A stretch of 64,000 nucleotides of DNA from Octopus sinensis (lineage: Eukaryota). The position numbers were made by a program, and so were the translations under genes. Numbering within the stretch: position 1 is the stretch's first letter; each line of letters starts with the position of its first letter. The notes under the pieces are model-generated. The model worked only from the letters and a program-made list of their open reading frames with translations. It ran no database searches and was not told the DNA's origin. This document shows positions 53,598 to 64,000 of the stretch, one piece after another. Where the stretch lies: contig NC_043015.1 in assembly GCF_006345805.1 (NCBI RefSeq), forward strand, positions 5,828,001 to 5,892,000, read 5' to 3'.

Positions 53598-54548
53598 TTA
53601 AGGAAGTATTAATTAATAATTAATAATTAAAGTAAATTATTTCTCTAATATATTCTGGCACTACTAAGAACGAAGTTTTTATACCTCCTGAAGCACTGTA
53701 GGTTTCTAGGGGTAGGATCAATCATAACTAGGTCAACTGGCTTCCGAAAGAAACTATTTCACTAACGTTTGCTAGAACTACTGAGATCGAATATTCAATA
53801 ACTTCCGATTTCTGTGCCATTTTTACATTGGTGTTTAAACCATTAAATTAACCACACGAAAGAATTGATCTATAATCAATACCATTGAAACCATTACTAA
53901 CCCATTTTATTTTTCCCGGCTATATTAGCCAATATATATTTTCTTAAACGTGATAATATTAGCTTCACTTTACATCAAGCAGAAGGAATGACCAGGAATT
54001 GTTGCTAGAGATCTTTTACTCTTTAATAAACGTATATTTTCCTAAACGTACATCCAAAAATAACTTGATTTGCTGTTTCTTTACGATCTCCTCGTTGGTT
54101 ACAATTATCTGAGATGTCAGTTTGAATATTTCTCATCATCTGATGCTAGCAGGAGAATGTCATTTCTCATATTTTCAACGTAATATTCGCAGTTGTAGAT
54201 TTTTGTAAACAATCATTGCTAGTCGTTCTACATTGATGAAATATTGAGCGTGTAAATCACAACCATTTCCTACGAATCATGCTTTCCCGTGTATTTTCAA
54301 TACTACCTCTGCATTATGATTCCGTTTAATAATTCGAGAATACGAACTATGTTGGAAAGAGAAAATTATCAAGATATTTTATCTAGTTCTGATTCATATA
54401 TACTATATTAAATCTATTAGTTTTGTCATATAATTGTGTGAAACAATATTATTTAAAGCATGACATAATTGCTCTTCCTCCTCCTCCTCCTCCCCCTCCT
54501 CCTCCTCATCATCATCGCTATCGCCGTTAAAATTATGACTTTTATCGC

Positions 54549-54747
54549 TATTCTTTTATTCTTTTACTTGTTTCAGTCATTTGATAGCAGCCATGCTATT
54601 GCACCACCTTTAGTCGAACTAATCGACCCTAGGACTTATTCTTTGTAAACCTAGTCCTTATTCTATTGCGGAGCCGTTAAGTTACGAGGACGTAAACACA
54701 CCAACATCGGTTGTCAAGCGATTGTGGGGGACAAACAGGGGCACACA

Positions 54748-54806
<59 letters not shown>

Positions 54807-54969
54807 ATACGATGGGCTTGTTTCAGTCTCCGTCTACCAAATTGATTCACTAGTTTTTGGTCGGTTCGAGGCTATAGTAAACACTTGCCTAAGTTGCCTC
54901 ACAGTGGGACTGTACTCGGAAACATATGGTTGGGAAGCAAGCTTCTTACCACTCACCCACGCCTGCGTC
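54549..54969 (-). mobile_element. SINE family A
   Basis: ttcttttattcttttacttgtttcagtcatttga...ggttgggaagcaagcttcttaccactcacccacgcctgcg. Confidence 0.85.
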
Positions 54970-55201
54970 TATGTTTAAGATATTTTGTTATCACTGGTTC
55001 CAAATTTTGACAGAAGCCCAGCACTTTTGGCGGTTGTGGGTAAGCCGATTACATTGCCTCCAAGGCTAATTATTCTGCCAACTCGCCGCTCTTCAAAACG
55101 CGAAAGTAGTTTTGAAATATTGTTCTCTTCAGAAAAGGCTGAGTTTTGCTAATAAGTAACAACAAAAAACATCAACAAGTCAATAACAAGAAGTAAATAT
55201 A

Positions 55202-55764
55202 TAGGGTTGTCCGGAAAGTTCGTGGCGATTTTTAAAGGAAAGAAAAAGGTTAATAAATACATGCCATTGCATTTTTAATCAACCAAATATGAATCATTTT
55301 GTTGCACAATGCGTCTCCATCTTTCCTTTAACCTAAAAATACTCTCTTCCCAGAATTGAGATGGTTTCATGGCAAAAAATTCAACAAAGTATCCTTTTAC
55401 GTCATCCAAACAATTGAAATTTTTACCATTAAGACTATTCTGCAGAGACCTGAATAAGCGGAAATCCGAAGGAGCAATATTTGGTGAATATGGAAGGTGG
55501 GGTAACATCCCAGCCGAGCTGCAGCAACTTTTTTTCTGGTTCCCAAAGCATCAAATGCCGAAAATAAACTTTCTTATCTTCCATTTTAAAGGGTTACAGA
55601 ATTAATACAGGTTATAGGAACATAAACCTTTTCCCACGAAGGTAGCTTAAACTGTGCTCTAAATGGAAGTGTAGTCAAATCCTATTTTATAGACTCAACC
55701 ATGTTCTAAAATAAGTCGAAAGGTAAGCTACTATAAATCGGCAATAACTTTCTGGACAACTCAA
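55202..55764 (-). mobile_element. Internally deleted mariner (Tc1/mariner) transposon, 563 bp, with TIRs and TA target duplication
   Basis: TIRs TAGGGTTGTCCGGAAAGTTCGTGGCGATTT and TTGAGTTGTCCAGAAAGTTATTGCCGATTT; TA at 55200-55201 and 55765-55766. ATG at 55584 begins MEDKKVYFRHLMLWE, fused to the frameshifted C-terminus ...LPHLPYSPNIAPSDFRLFRSLQNSLNG...RWRRIVQQNDSYLVD* (YSPDLAPSD-type motif). Confidence 0.92.
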
Positions 55765-55999
55765 TATTATTGCGACACTTATTAAATCGACAAAATGTTT
55801 AGCAGTATTTCGTACTTCTTTAAGTTTTGAGCCCAAATCCTGCCAGGTTTGAGAATGCCATTCATCCTTTCCTGATCTGTGAAGTCGGATTGGACAGTTG
55901 AGGTTAATATAAGCGACTCCTCGCTCCCAAGACATTTGATGACTTGTGCCTATTGTAGAATGGATTATTTTGATTCATCTTATTAATGAGGCAAATAAC

Positions 56000-56180
56000 A
56001 CACTTATCAGCATTTCTTTTTATGTTTTCATTTGAAATACCACCGAGGTCAACTCTGCATTTTCTTCTCCCGGAAAACGATAACATAAAGAACTGTTCAA
56101 GTACTGGGGTCATTGTAATGGAATAACCAACCAACCCCCACTAAAATTGCTGTCCTTGTACCAAAATTAGAAAAAATATT
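56000..56180 (+). mobile_element. Highly diverged SINE family B copy
   Basis: tttgaaataccaccgaggtcaactctgc...gtactggggtcattgtaat...aaaattgctgtccttgtaccaaaattagaaa. Confidence 0.55.
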
Positions 56181-58627
56181 TGTTACAATAGTCTCATTTT
56201 TCCACATTGATTTTTGTGATTGCTTTTCAAGTAATTCATGCTTGTCAACTATTACTAATTCATGTTATATTTATTTCTAAATATATTTTGCCTAAGAATA
56301 TTGTTTTTATTTTTGGTTTTATATGTTTTCTTTTTCTATGTGGGATTATGAAATATTCATTTAGTATATGATCTGTTAACCGTCAAACAGTATTGTTAAA
56401 CCCAACAATTATATTTATATATCAAATTATGAGATACAATAATGTCTCCCTTGAGAGTATATATGACGAACTATTATGTTAACCAAACATAGTAAAAGTC
56501 ACTTCCTTTTTATTGTTTTTTGTGTGCTTCCAACGAATGAATTTGTCAGAAAAAAATTCCGAAAGATAAGTTATTTTCGCTGCGTAAAATGGATTAAACA
56601 ATTTACCAATAAATAAATAACTAAACAAATATATATATAAAATAAATTGTTTGAAAAAATTTCTTTTTCTATTTTGAACAACCAAATATTTTCAATGAAA
56701 TTTCGAATGTATTTAATGAATAGATGACAAATGATATAAAATTGTAAATGCTGATTTCTGATAGTATTTTAAGGCGTAAATTAATTACATTCGCGAATTA
56801 AAATTTATTTCTATGTCTAGAAAATGTAGCAATTAACAAACTCTGTCAGTAGTGAAAACATTTTAATTTGAGTTGGAAAATAAATATGATTTCATCGAAA
56901 AGAGATTAGGATAGATGTTACTGAATTCGAAAGAAGAGTCAGTAGGTAAGCTGAAGAGCTTTGCAGCAAAGTATAAAATTTGATGTAACATCTATGTGTA
57001 ACCATACATCTCTCGAGCCTTTAGAACACTACAATTAGCAGTGAAGAATAGGGAAATGATAACCGGTTTTATGCGTCTGGTGTTTGAATATTTGTGTTGC
57101 TTTATTTCCCTGGGAAGTCTACATGGTGATATGGTCAGTGATTCAAGTATTTTGTCTTATCGGAAAAGTTTTAACCGCTGTTAATCTGCAAAGGTTTCAT
57201 GAGTAAAAGTAACAGCAGAACTATAACGTTATTTACAAATGTAAATTTATGCTTTTGTACAATTCTGTATCAATAAACTAATGTTTGGAAAAGAAAGACT
57301 AATATGAGAACTGAATGGAAATATTGAAAAGTGAGCTTGCAACTATGACTGCTTCGTATACGTCATGCGGTGTACACCATAGAAGCCTCTTTGTCAGTGT
57401 GTTGTCATTGATCTCAAAGCAATTAATACTGTTGACAAATGTATTTGTCATTTATAGAACCGACACAACATGTAAATATGTGAGTATGATGTGTGTGATT
57501 GAGTATATATGTTGTCTATGAGTACAGTCTGCAATTTGCATATTGAAATTGCGTGAAACTTCAGTTGTACAAGTAGCTAGAGCGTAACAAATAACATCAA
57601 CTCCAGTTTCCGGTTGAAAAGTTTTTGTTTTACAATGCAGCTGTGTTTTTCCTTGTTTCCGTCCGCCGTCTCTTATGCAATTCCATCGATCATTGATGCT
57701 TAGATGTTAGAGAAAGCAACTTGTAAATAGTGTGTCGATAACATATTTCAAACTTCCATACAAATTGATTATAAAGCGGCAGTGGTGCGTTAATGTGTTA
57801 CCCATAGACACGTTTCTGCAGATGTGCCGGAACAAAAGGGAAGCGAATAGCAGATAAGTTTAATTTGAAATGTCAAATTAATGAAAAGGGAGTAATCAGA
57901 CGACTGATACTTCGCTGTATGTATTTAGAATGACATTACCAAATTACATCCGATGTTAAAATGTTTGTCGTATAATATACCTTCAGGGAAATGCATATAG
58001 TCAATTTATCTTACCAGTGCAAACAAAGACTACATCGTATTAATATAGAGGTAGATATTTAATATAAATACTTAATGATAAAATTAACTAAGCGTAATGT
58101 TTGCAAATGAGAGTGATAATCAGCTGAAACGAAAGAATGAGGAGACCCGGTAACAATATTCCAAAGGAGAATCAGACACTTAAACTTTAGAGATTATTCA
58201 ATGCTTTCTGCTAATATAAATACAAAAAGTGTTAATACAAAAGGATAATTAATTTCCAGAATTATTCAACATATCGCACGAATTGCTAAATTTATAATAA
58301 ATAGTGAAGGAGTCAGAGAATTGTCTAGGCATATGAAAGTGATTGAAATAGTTATAGCTAGAAGAAAACATGCGCATGTATATGCTGTTTGTGTATAGGT
58401 TTGTGTGCGTGCGTATAAATATATATTTATAGACGCAAATTCAACATATGTATGTGTACATGTACAGATACATAATTATATACGTATAAATACTTATTTC
58501 TCATGATTACGTACGTATAGATACTTATATGCGCGTGTGTGTGTGTGTCTATGTATGCATGTATGCACCTATGTGTATCCATACGCGTTTATGTGCGTAT
58601 GTATAGTTTCGTGAAACAAAAGTTTTA

Positions 58628-58670
58628 TCTCGGGACTCAAGTTTCATGCATGTGCACTCTTCAGGCGAGA
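58628..58670 (-). ncRNA. Type I hammerhead motif on the neuroligin sense strand (intronic)
   Basis: TCTCGC-CTGAAGA-GTGCA-ca-TGCAT-GAAAC-TTGA-GTC-CCGAGA. All core positions present, GUC triplet, stem III 2 bp plus a 4-nt loop, stem II closed by G.U, stem I 5 bp after a C/C mismatch. Confidence 0.65.
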
Positions 58671-59246
58671 AACTGATGATCGCATCGCCCTGAGACTGGA
58701 GTTCACTGTAAGATCTTTAACACATTTGCTTTTGGGTGTTTAACACATATGAATCATTAAGAATCAAATATAAAATTGTTTTAGCATGTAAACAGCTATC
58801 AAATTAGGTGTTTAAGACATAACGAAGTGATGTATGGAGTATTTTGCAGGAGCGCCTTCGTGACTAATAGAATCTTGACATATTTTAAGGTATTCTCAAA
58901 TATTTTTTGTTATATTCTGTATTCCCAAATATTTATGCATGAATGTGTAATTTAAACTTTCCGTTTTGAAAGTTTGGGAATGCAAGGATTGATCGAATAA
59001 TTTTCAGTACCTAATATAATATATAAACTTTGCTGTATGCATTAAGGGCAAATTCTATTCGCTTGTAAATGCAAATTCTAAACAATCCATACACAAACAC
59101 ACCTACACACTCAAATATAAAATTATATATATCAGAAAATCTACAGACTTTATATATATATAGTTTATGTATGTGTGTGCATATATGTCCGCGTTATCTA
59201 CATGTTTATACATACCTGGACACACATAATATATATATATATATAT

Positions 59247-59321
<75 letters not shown>

Positions 59322-59806
59322 GTACACACCCACATAATGAAAGGAATAGTTATCGAAATTATATCTTCACAACTTATTACACCAATCCATCAAATTGGCG
59401 GCGAATTAAAACAAGGCGAATTTATATATACAAACACTGATACATATTTATACACGTAAGAGCACCTATCGTACTTAGTGAAGTTTACATTCACAATATA
59501 CGCATACGAACTATCGAACAAGGATATTGGGAATTCGTTTTATTGCTTAGGATATCTAATGGTAATATCTCGGATCCTATCATATACATAGGAAAGGAAT
59601 ATCACTACGATGTGTACAGATAATTGAGATAAAATGTTTAATACAAACCTTACCAACACCGCAAGGAAATACAAGTGTGTCACGCCTATACATTTATGTT
59701 CTCTACTAAATTTTTCTTTCATATAAAGGAGATAATAAATCAGTCAAGACAAGAATACGATAGTTTCATTATAACATTTCTCAATGATACTGCAAACGTA
59801 CACATT

Positions 59807-59849
<43 letters not shown>

Positions 59850-59886
59850 GCATACATACACACACATACATGGCATTATAAATTTA

Positions 59887-60296
59887 CGCAGGCGTGGCAA
59901 GAAGCTTGCATCCCAACCACTGCATACCAACTTCGATAATTGACTTCAGCTGTAGCTACGGGCCGTCCAAAGCCTTGTGAGTAGATGTGGTTGATGGAAA
60001 CTGAAAGGAAGCCTACCATATATATATACAACTTATAAAGAAGGGCAAGAGAAACAATTCTAATGCCAAATATGCCGAAATATACACTTATTCGTCAATA
60101 ACCATATAATTTATCACTATATGGTTATTATGGATAAACTATATGGTTATTAACGAATAAGTCTATATTTCGGCATATTTGGCATTAGAATCTTTTCTTT
60201 TGTCAATGTTTATAAGTTGTTTATGAAATTTAACCTTTAAAGGTATTTTTTTAATATGTTGGCCATTGATAAAGATTTTTTCGAAAATTTTAATCC

Positions 60297-60331
<35 letters not shown>

Positions 60332-60511
60332 TATATTTGTGTGTCTTTCTGCCCTCCACCGTTTGACCACCGGTGTTAGTGCGTTTACGCTCCTCGGCAA
60401 GAGTACCAGACTTTAAAAGATGTGCTGGGGTCGATTCACAGGACAAAAAATATTCAAGGTGGTGCTCCACAATGGCCGCGATCTACGGGCTGAAACAAGT
60501 AAAATATAAAA
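59887..60511 (+). mobile_element. Diverged SINE family A split by an insertion in its central (TA)n
   Basis: 5' half 59887-60017 (ggcgtggcaagaagcttgc...gatggaaactgaaaggaagcc); 3' half about 60335-60511 (...ggtgctccacaatggccgcg...tgaaacaagtaaaa). Confidence 0.7.
60028..60220. mobile_element. MITE-like foldback (about 85-bp imperfect arms)
   Basis: acaacttataaa...ttctaatgccaaatatgccgaaatata...aataaccatata is mirrored by tatatggttatt...tatatttcggcatatttggcattagaa...tttataagttgt. Confidence 0.75.
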
Positions 60512-60746
60512 GGCTCACACACACACACATGCATACACACATACACATATAATGTTGCTTGCGAGATCTATCGAGAGTTCTACTGTTAATGTTAACATGG
60601 CAATCAGTACAATCTGGTGCATGGGTGGTTCGTCTTTCAATAAATGGGCGCTAGTCTTGCCTGCTGAGAAGGGTTGCTAGAAACCCAGCAGGACTAAAAA
60701 GAAGAACTGTTAAAAAGCAGGATTACCTTTATGCATGTTCAACGTA

Positions 60747-61046
60747 TGGAGGCACAATGGCCCAGTGGTTAGGGCAGCGGACTCGCTGTCGTAGGATCGC
60801 GGTTTCGATTCTCAGACCGGGTGTTGTGTTTATTGAGAGAAAACAACTAAAAGCTCCACGACGCTACGGCAGGGGGTGGTGATCCGTGCTGTAGTCTATC
60901 ACCACTCTTTCTCCCTCTCTTTCTTCTGTTGGCCTGCTCGCTTAGCCAGCGGGGTGGCGTCATTCAAAGGCTAAAACAATGCGAACGCATTGTGACTATC
61001 GATGTGTAACAACGCCTGATGATCTGGTCGGTCACGTGATCACGTG
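60747..61046 (+). mobile_element. Full-length tRNA(Arg)-like SINE, family D, with a 12-bp TSD
   Basis: A box TGGCCCAGTGG, anticodon-loop-like ACTCGC (TCG), B-box-like GGTTTCGATTC. atgttcaacgta occurs at 60735-60746 and 61047-61058. Confidence 0.9.
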
Positions 61047-61980
61047 ATGTTCAACGTACACTACCGGGAGTGATGCAGCTGTCACCTTTTGTTAAAGCAA
61101 GTCTCATGGAGAAGGCCACTCTGATATAAAACCAGATATTAAGGAATGGCATGGGATATTTTGGCGATATTTTGGTTGCGCCTGAAATCATGGCAGTCAG
61201 AAATACCTGACTCTTCGACCCATATCAGTATTGACTGTCTTGTCCTAGCTTGTCAGGAGGGTGGGAAGGCTGTGTCAGGTAGTGTGCAAGTTTTATTTGA
61301 CTTAAAGTTTTGGTCATCAACTGCGGAACGACTTTCCATTGACCAGTGGAGTAGAAGTAGAGCGCCACAGGGTCAAAACCGGATGAAGCAGAACTCATCA
61401 TTATAGTTGGCATTTGCATGGGCAATGGTCAGTGGTGTTCTGTCTGAGTCACAAATAGGCATAAATGATACATACATACATACGTGTGTGTATGCGTGTA
61501 TGTGTGTGTACGTGTGTGTGTGTGTCTAAGTATTTGGACTAAAGGGTATAAGACAATTAGCGTGCTGAGTGAAGCACGTTCGCAGCTTGGGCTACCTAGT
61601 GTCTTCCATGGCTGGGGTACAGAACCGCTGGACCTACGTTAAGAATTCCACATTGCTAATGGAAGTAATAATAATTGATGAAAGAAACGGAAGATAAATT
61701 TAGCACAGAGTCTTTATTCAGTACAACGATCGTCTCGACGCATCCTGCAGTTGTCCGTTATGAGTAGGAATTTGTGCATCTAATTGTATTGCATCAATCT
61801 ATGCAGTTTGTGTCACATCAGGTACACGCATAAAGAAGTGAATGCCCCGCTAGATATACTGAGATTTCCTTAGCATGTTGTTCGTCATTGCTGTATTTTG
61901 GTGATGACCGACCATAGTTGTCCGTTGGTATACAACATAGAATTATTATTATTACTTCTCACTCTCTCTTTATATATATA

Positions 61981-62187
<207 letters not shown>

Positions 62188-63869
62188 TTTATATATTATA
62201 TATATTTATATTTATATATGTATGTATGTATTAGCACAGAATCTCACATACTTAGATGTATACAAATATAAGAGCCTATAGAGTCGCACAACGTTTAACA
62301 AGGTCGTTTTACTTAATTTTTTTCAATTGTTTATATATAGTGTATATTCACTTTAGTTTAGTTAATTATTCACATTCGGGAGTAATCATTATTATTTTTT
62401 GTCAACTTCCTTATCTTTTTCACCACTGATTTTTTTTTTAATGTTGCTAATTTTGCATTCATTATTGTATTTATTATTTTACTGTTAAAATTGAAAAAAA
62501 GACTGTCTAAAAAACTGTTCAGATACATCTATCGCCCATCTACCGCCTCTCTTGTCATCAGTACATATATTTAAATCTTTCCTTGCAACTTAGGGGCTGT
62601 ACTACATACATTTAAAAGCACTCAGATTAAATTAAATGAGAAAGAATCATAGAATAGTATAGACATTCGTGTAATCGGTGTGTTAACATGTAAGAGGAAG
62701 TGAAAAAATATATAGTTTCAGTGGTGTAACCAAACAAATGAAGAACGAACAAGACATGACTTTTACTCCATACTGGATAAAGTTGAGTAAATTAGATTTT
62801 TCGAAACAGGTGTTACCGTTAGAGCAATTCCGGTAGGTTTTTATTCATTATCCTTCAAAAGGAGATGTCGTAGGGTGAAGTGCTGTTACGTAATTTCTTT
62901 TTAACCTTATACCTAAGTTTCCTTTCAACGCTTAAACGTTTTACATGATGAATTTTAAATTTTATTTTCTCAGTGTATATAATGCTGATTTTTCCGACAT
63001 ATTTTGTAACCAGCATTACAGACTAATTGAAGAATGGTGCCTTTAACTGTACCAAAATGCATTTATGCGAAACATGGAATAGCAATATAGAGTTTATTGC
63101 TCATGTAATATCATTAAAGAAACACATTTCCAGCAGTAGAGACTATTTTAACAATAGTTTTTATGACTATTTAGTGAATAGATAATTCAGTAAGCTTGGT
63201 TAACTATTTCACTAAAGCAACACATGCCATGAAAAACATGTGCTTTTAAAACAATAATCGTGTTTATTCTATGAGGTAAGATTGCACACAAACTGAACGC
63301 ATATATTATTCAAGAGAATTCCGTTGTGAGGCTAAATCATCGACTGAGGCGGCATGTGGTAATTGTATTTAATTAAAATAGACACCATCTACTAATTGAA
63401 AACTTTGGCACTCAGAGAACAATTTTCCGTAAATGTCTTTATATTTAGCATTAGTTATGTTCCTGATTTTAAAATCTCACAGAAAGCACAGATGACTCGC
63501 ACTTTTCCATCTGCATACAATTCTATGACGCATAAAACATTTATATTTCTGAACATATATTCACCTGTGTATTGCGAATTGCAATTTATTTTATGTGGCA
63601 AGGGTCATTAATAATAAATGGAATACGCAGCGCATATGTGTGTATGTATATGTATGTGTGTGTATGTATGTGTATGTGTGTGTATGTATGTATATTCACA
63701 CATATATATTTCTACGAGCGCTCTCACACAAATAATTAAATATTTGTTGATTAGTGATTAAAAATTTTCTTCCTCTTCTACATTTGAACAAAATTCGAAT
63801 ACAAATCATGTTTATAGTTTACAACATCTTTTAAAAATAAAATATCTATTAGTTAAATTGTCTACTTAC

Positions 63870-64000
63870 CCAGATTTTGCAAAATTCGTCCAGTAACGCA
63901 TCACTGCTTCACTTAGCATTCGTTCTGACTTCGAATACGATGACGTGCTAAAAGGTTGTATGCCGTCAACTAAGGGAGCCCCGAAAATATACGGAAGCTC
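63870..64000 (-). CDS. NLGN: Neuroligin, internal coding exon (end of cholinesterase-like domain); runs off the window edge
   Basis: Reverse complement translates openly as ELPYIFGAPLVDGIQPFSTSSYSKSERMLSEAVMRYWTNFAKS-GG, matching the neuroligin/cholinesterase motif E(V/L)PY(V/I)FG...YWTNFAK(T/S)G. The donor is GG|gtaagt at 63870/63869 (phase 2). Not in the supplied ORF track. Confidence 0.95.

Noticed and set aside
56951-56975. CTGAAGA-GCT-ttgc-AGC-AAAG
   Set aside because: G12 is missing and there is no stem I or III.
60747-60822. tRNA gene candidates (also 10779-10839 and 36656-36725)
   Set aside because: A and B boxes are present but there is no complete cloverleaf; each runs into a SINE body.

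Overview
AT-rich, microsatellite-dense eukaryotic DNA. The repeat families and gene content suggest a coleoid cephalopod, most likely Octopus (inference). The only protein-coding gene I can support is the 3' end of a neuroligin on the minus strand. It has three coding exons (63870->64000, 38704-38819, 34222-35198) with phase-compatible GT-AG introns of 25,050 and 3,505 bp. They encode the end of the cholinesterase-like domain, the stalk, the TM helix and a tail ending in ITIV. The rest is repeats: four tRNA-SINE-like families, a 5'-truncated RTE/BovB LINE with a 14-bp TSD, an internally deleted mariner with TIRs, two non-autonomous Helitrons (one with a paralogous empty site nearby), a MITE-like foldback and local duplications. 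The most unusual signal is at least six type I hammerhead-ribozyme motifs with intact or single-substitution cores, plus more degenerate ones, from several unrelated sequence families. Three sets sit as outward-facing pairs in 300-600 bp palindromes. One palindrome (10514-11092, 9-bp TSD) is centred on a tRNA-like Pol III head, so it looks like a palindromic tRNA-head + (AAT)n + hammerhead retroelement. One near-canonical hammerhead lies on the sense strand of the neuroligin 25-kb intron. All folds were done by eye; no activity is demonstrated. Nearly all other ORFs in the supplied track are microsatellite or repeat artefacts.
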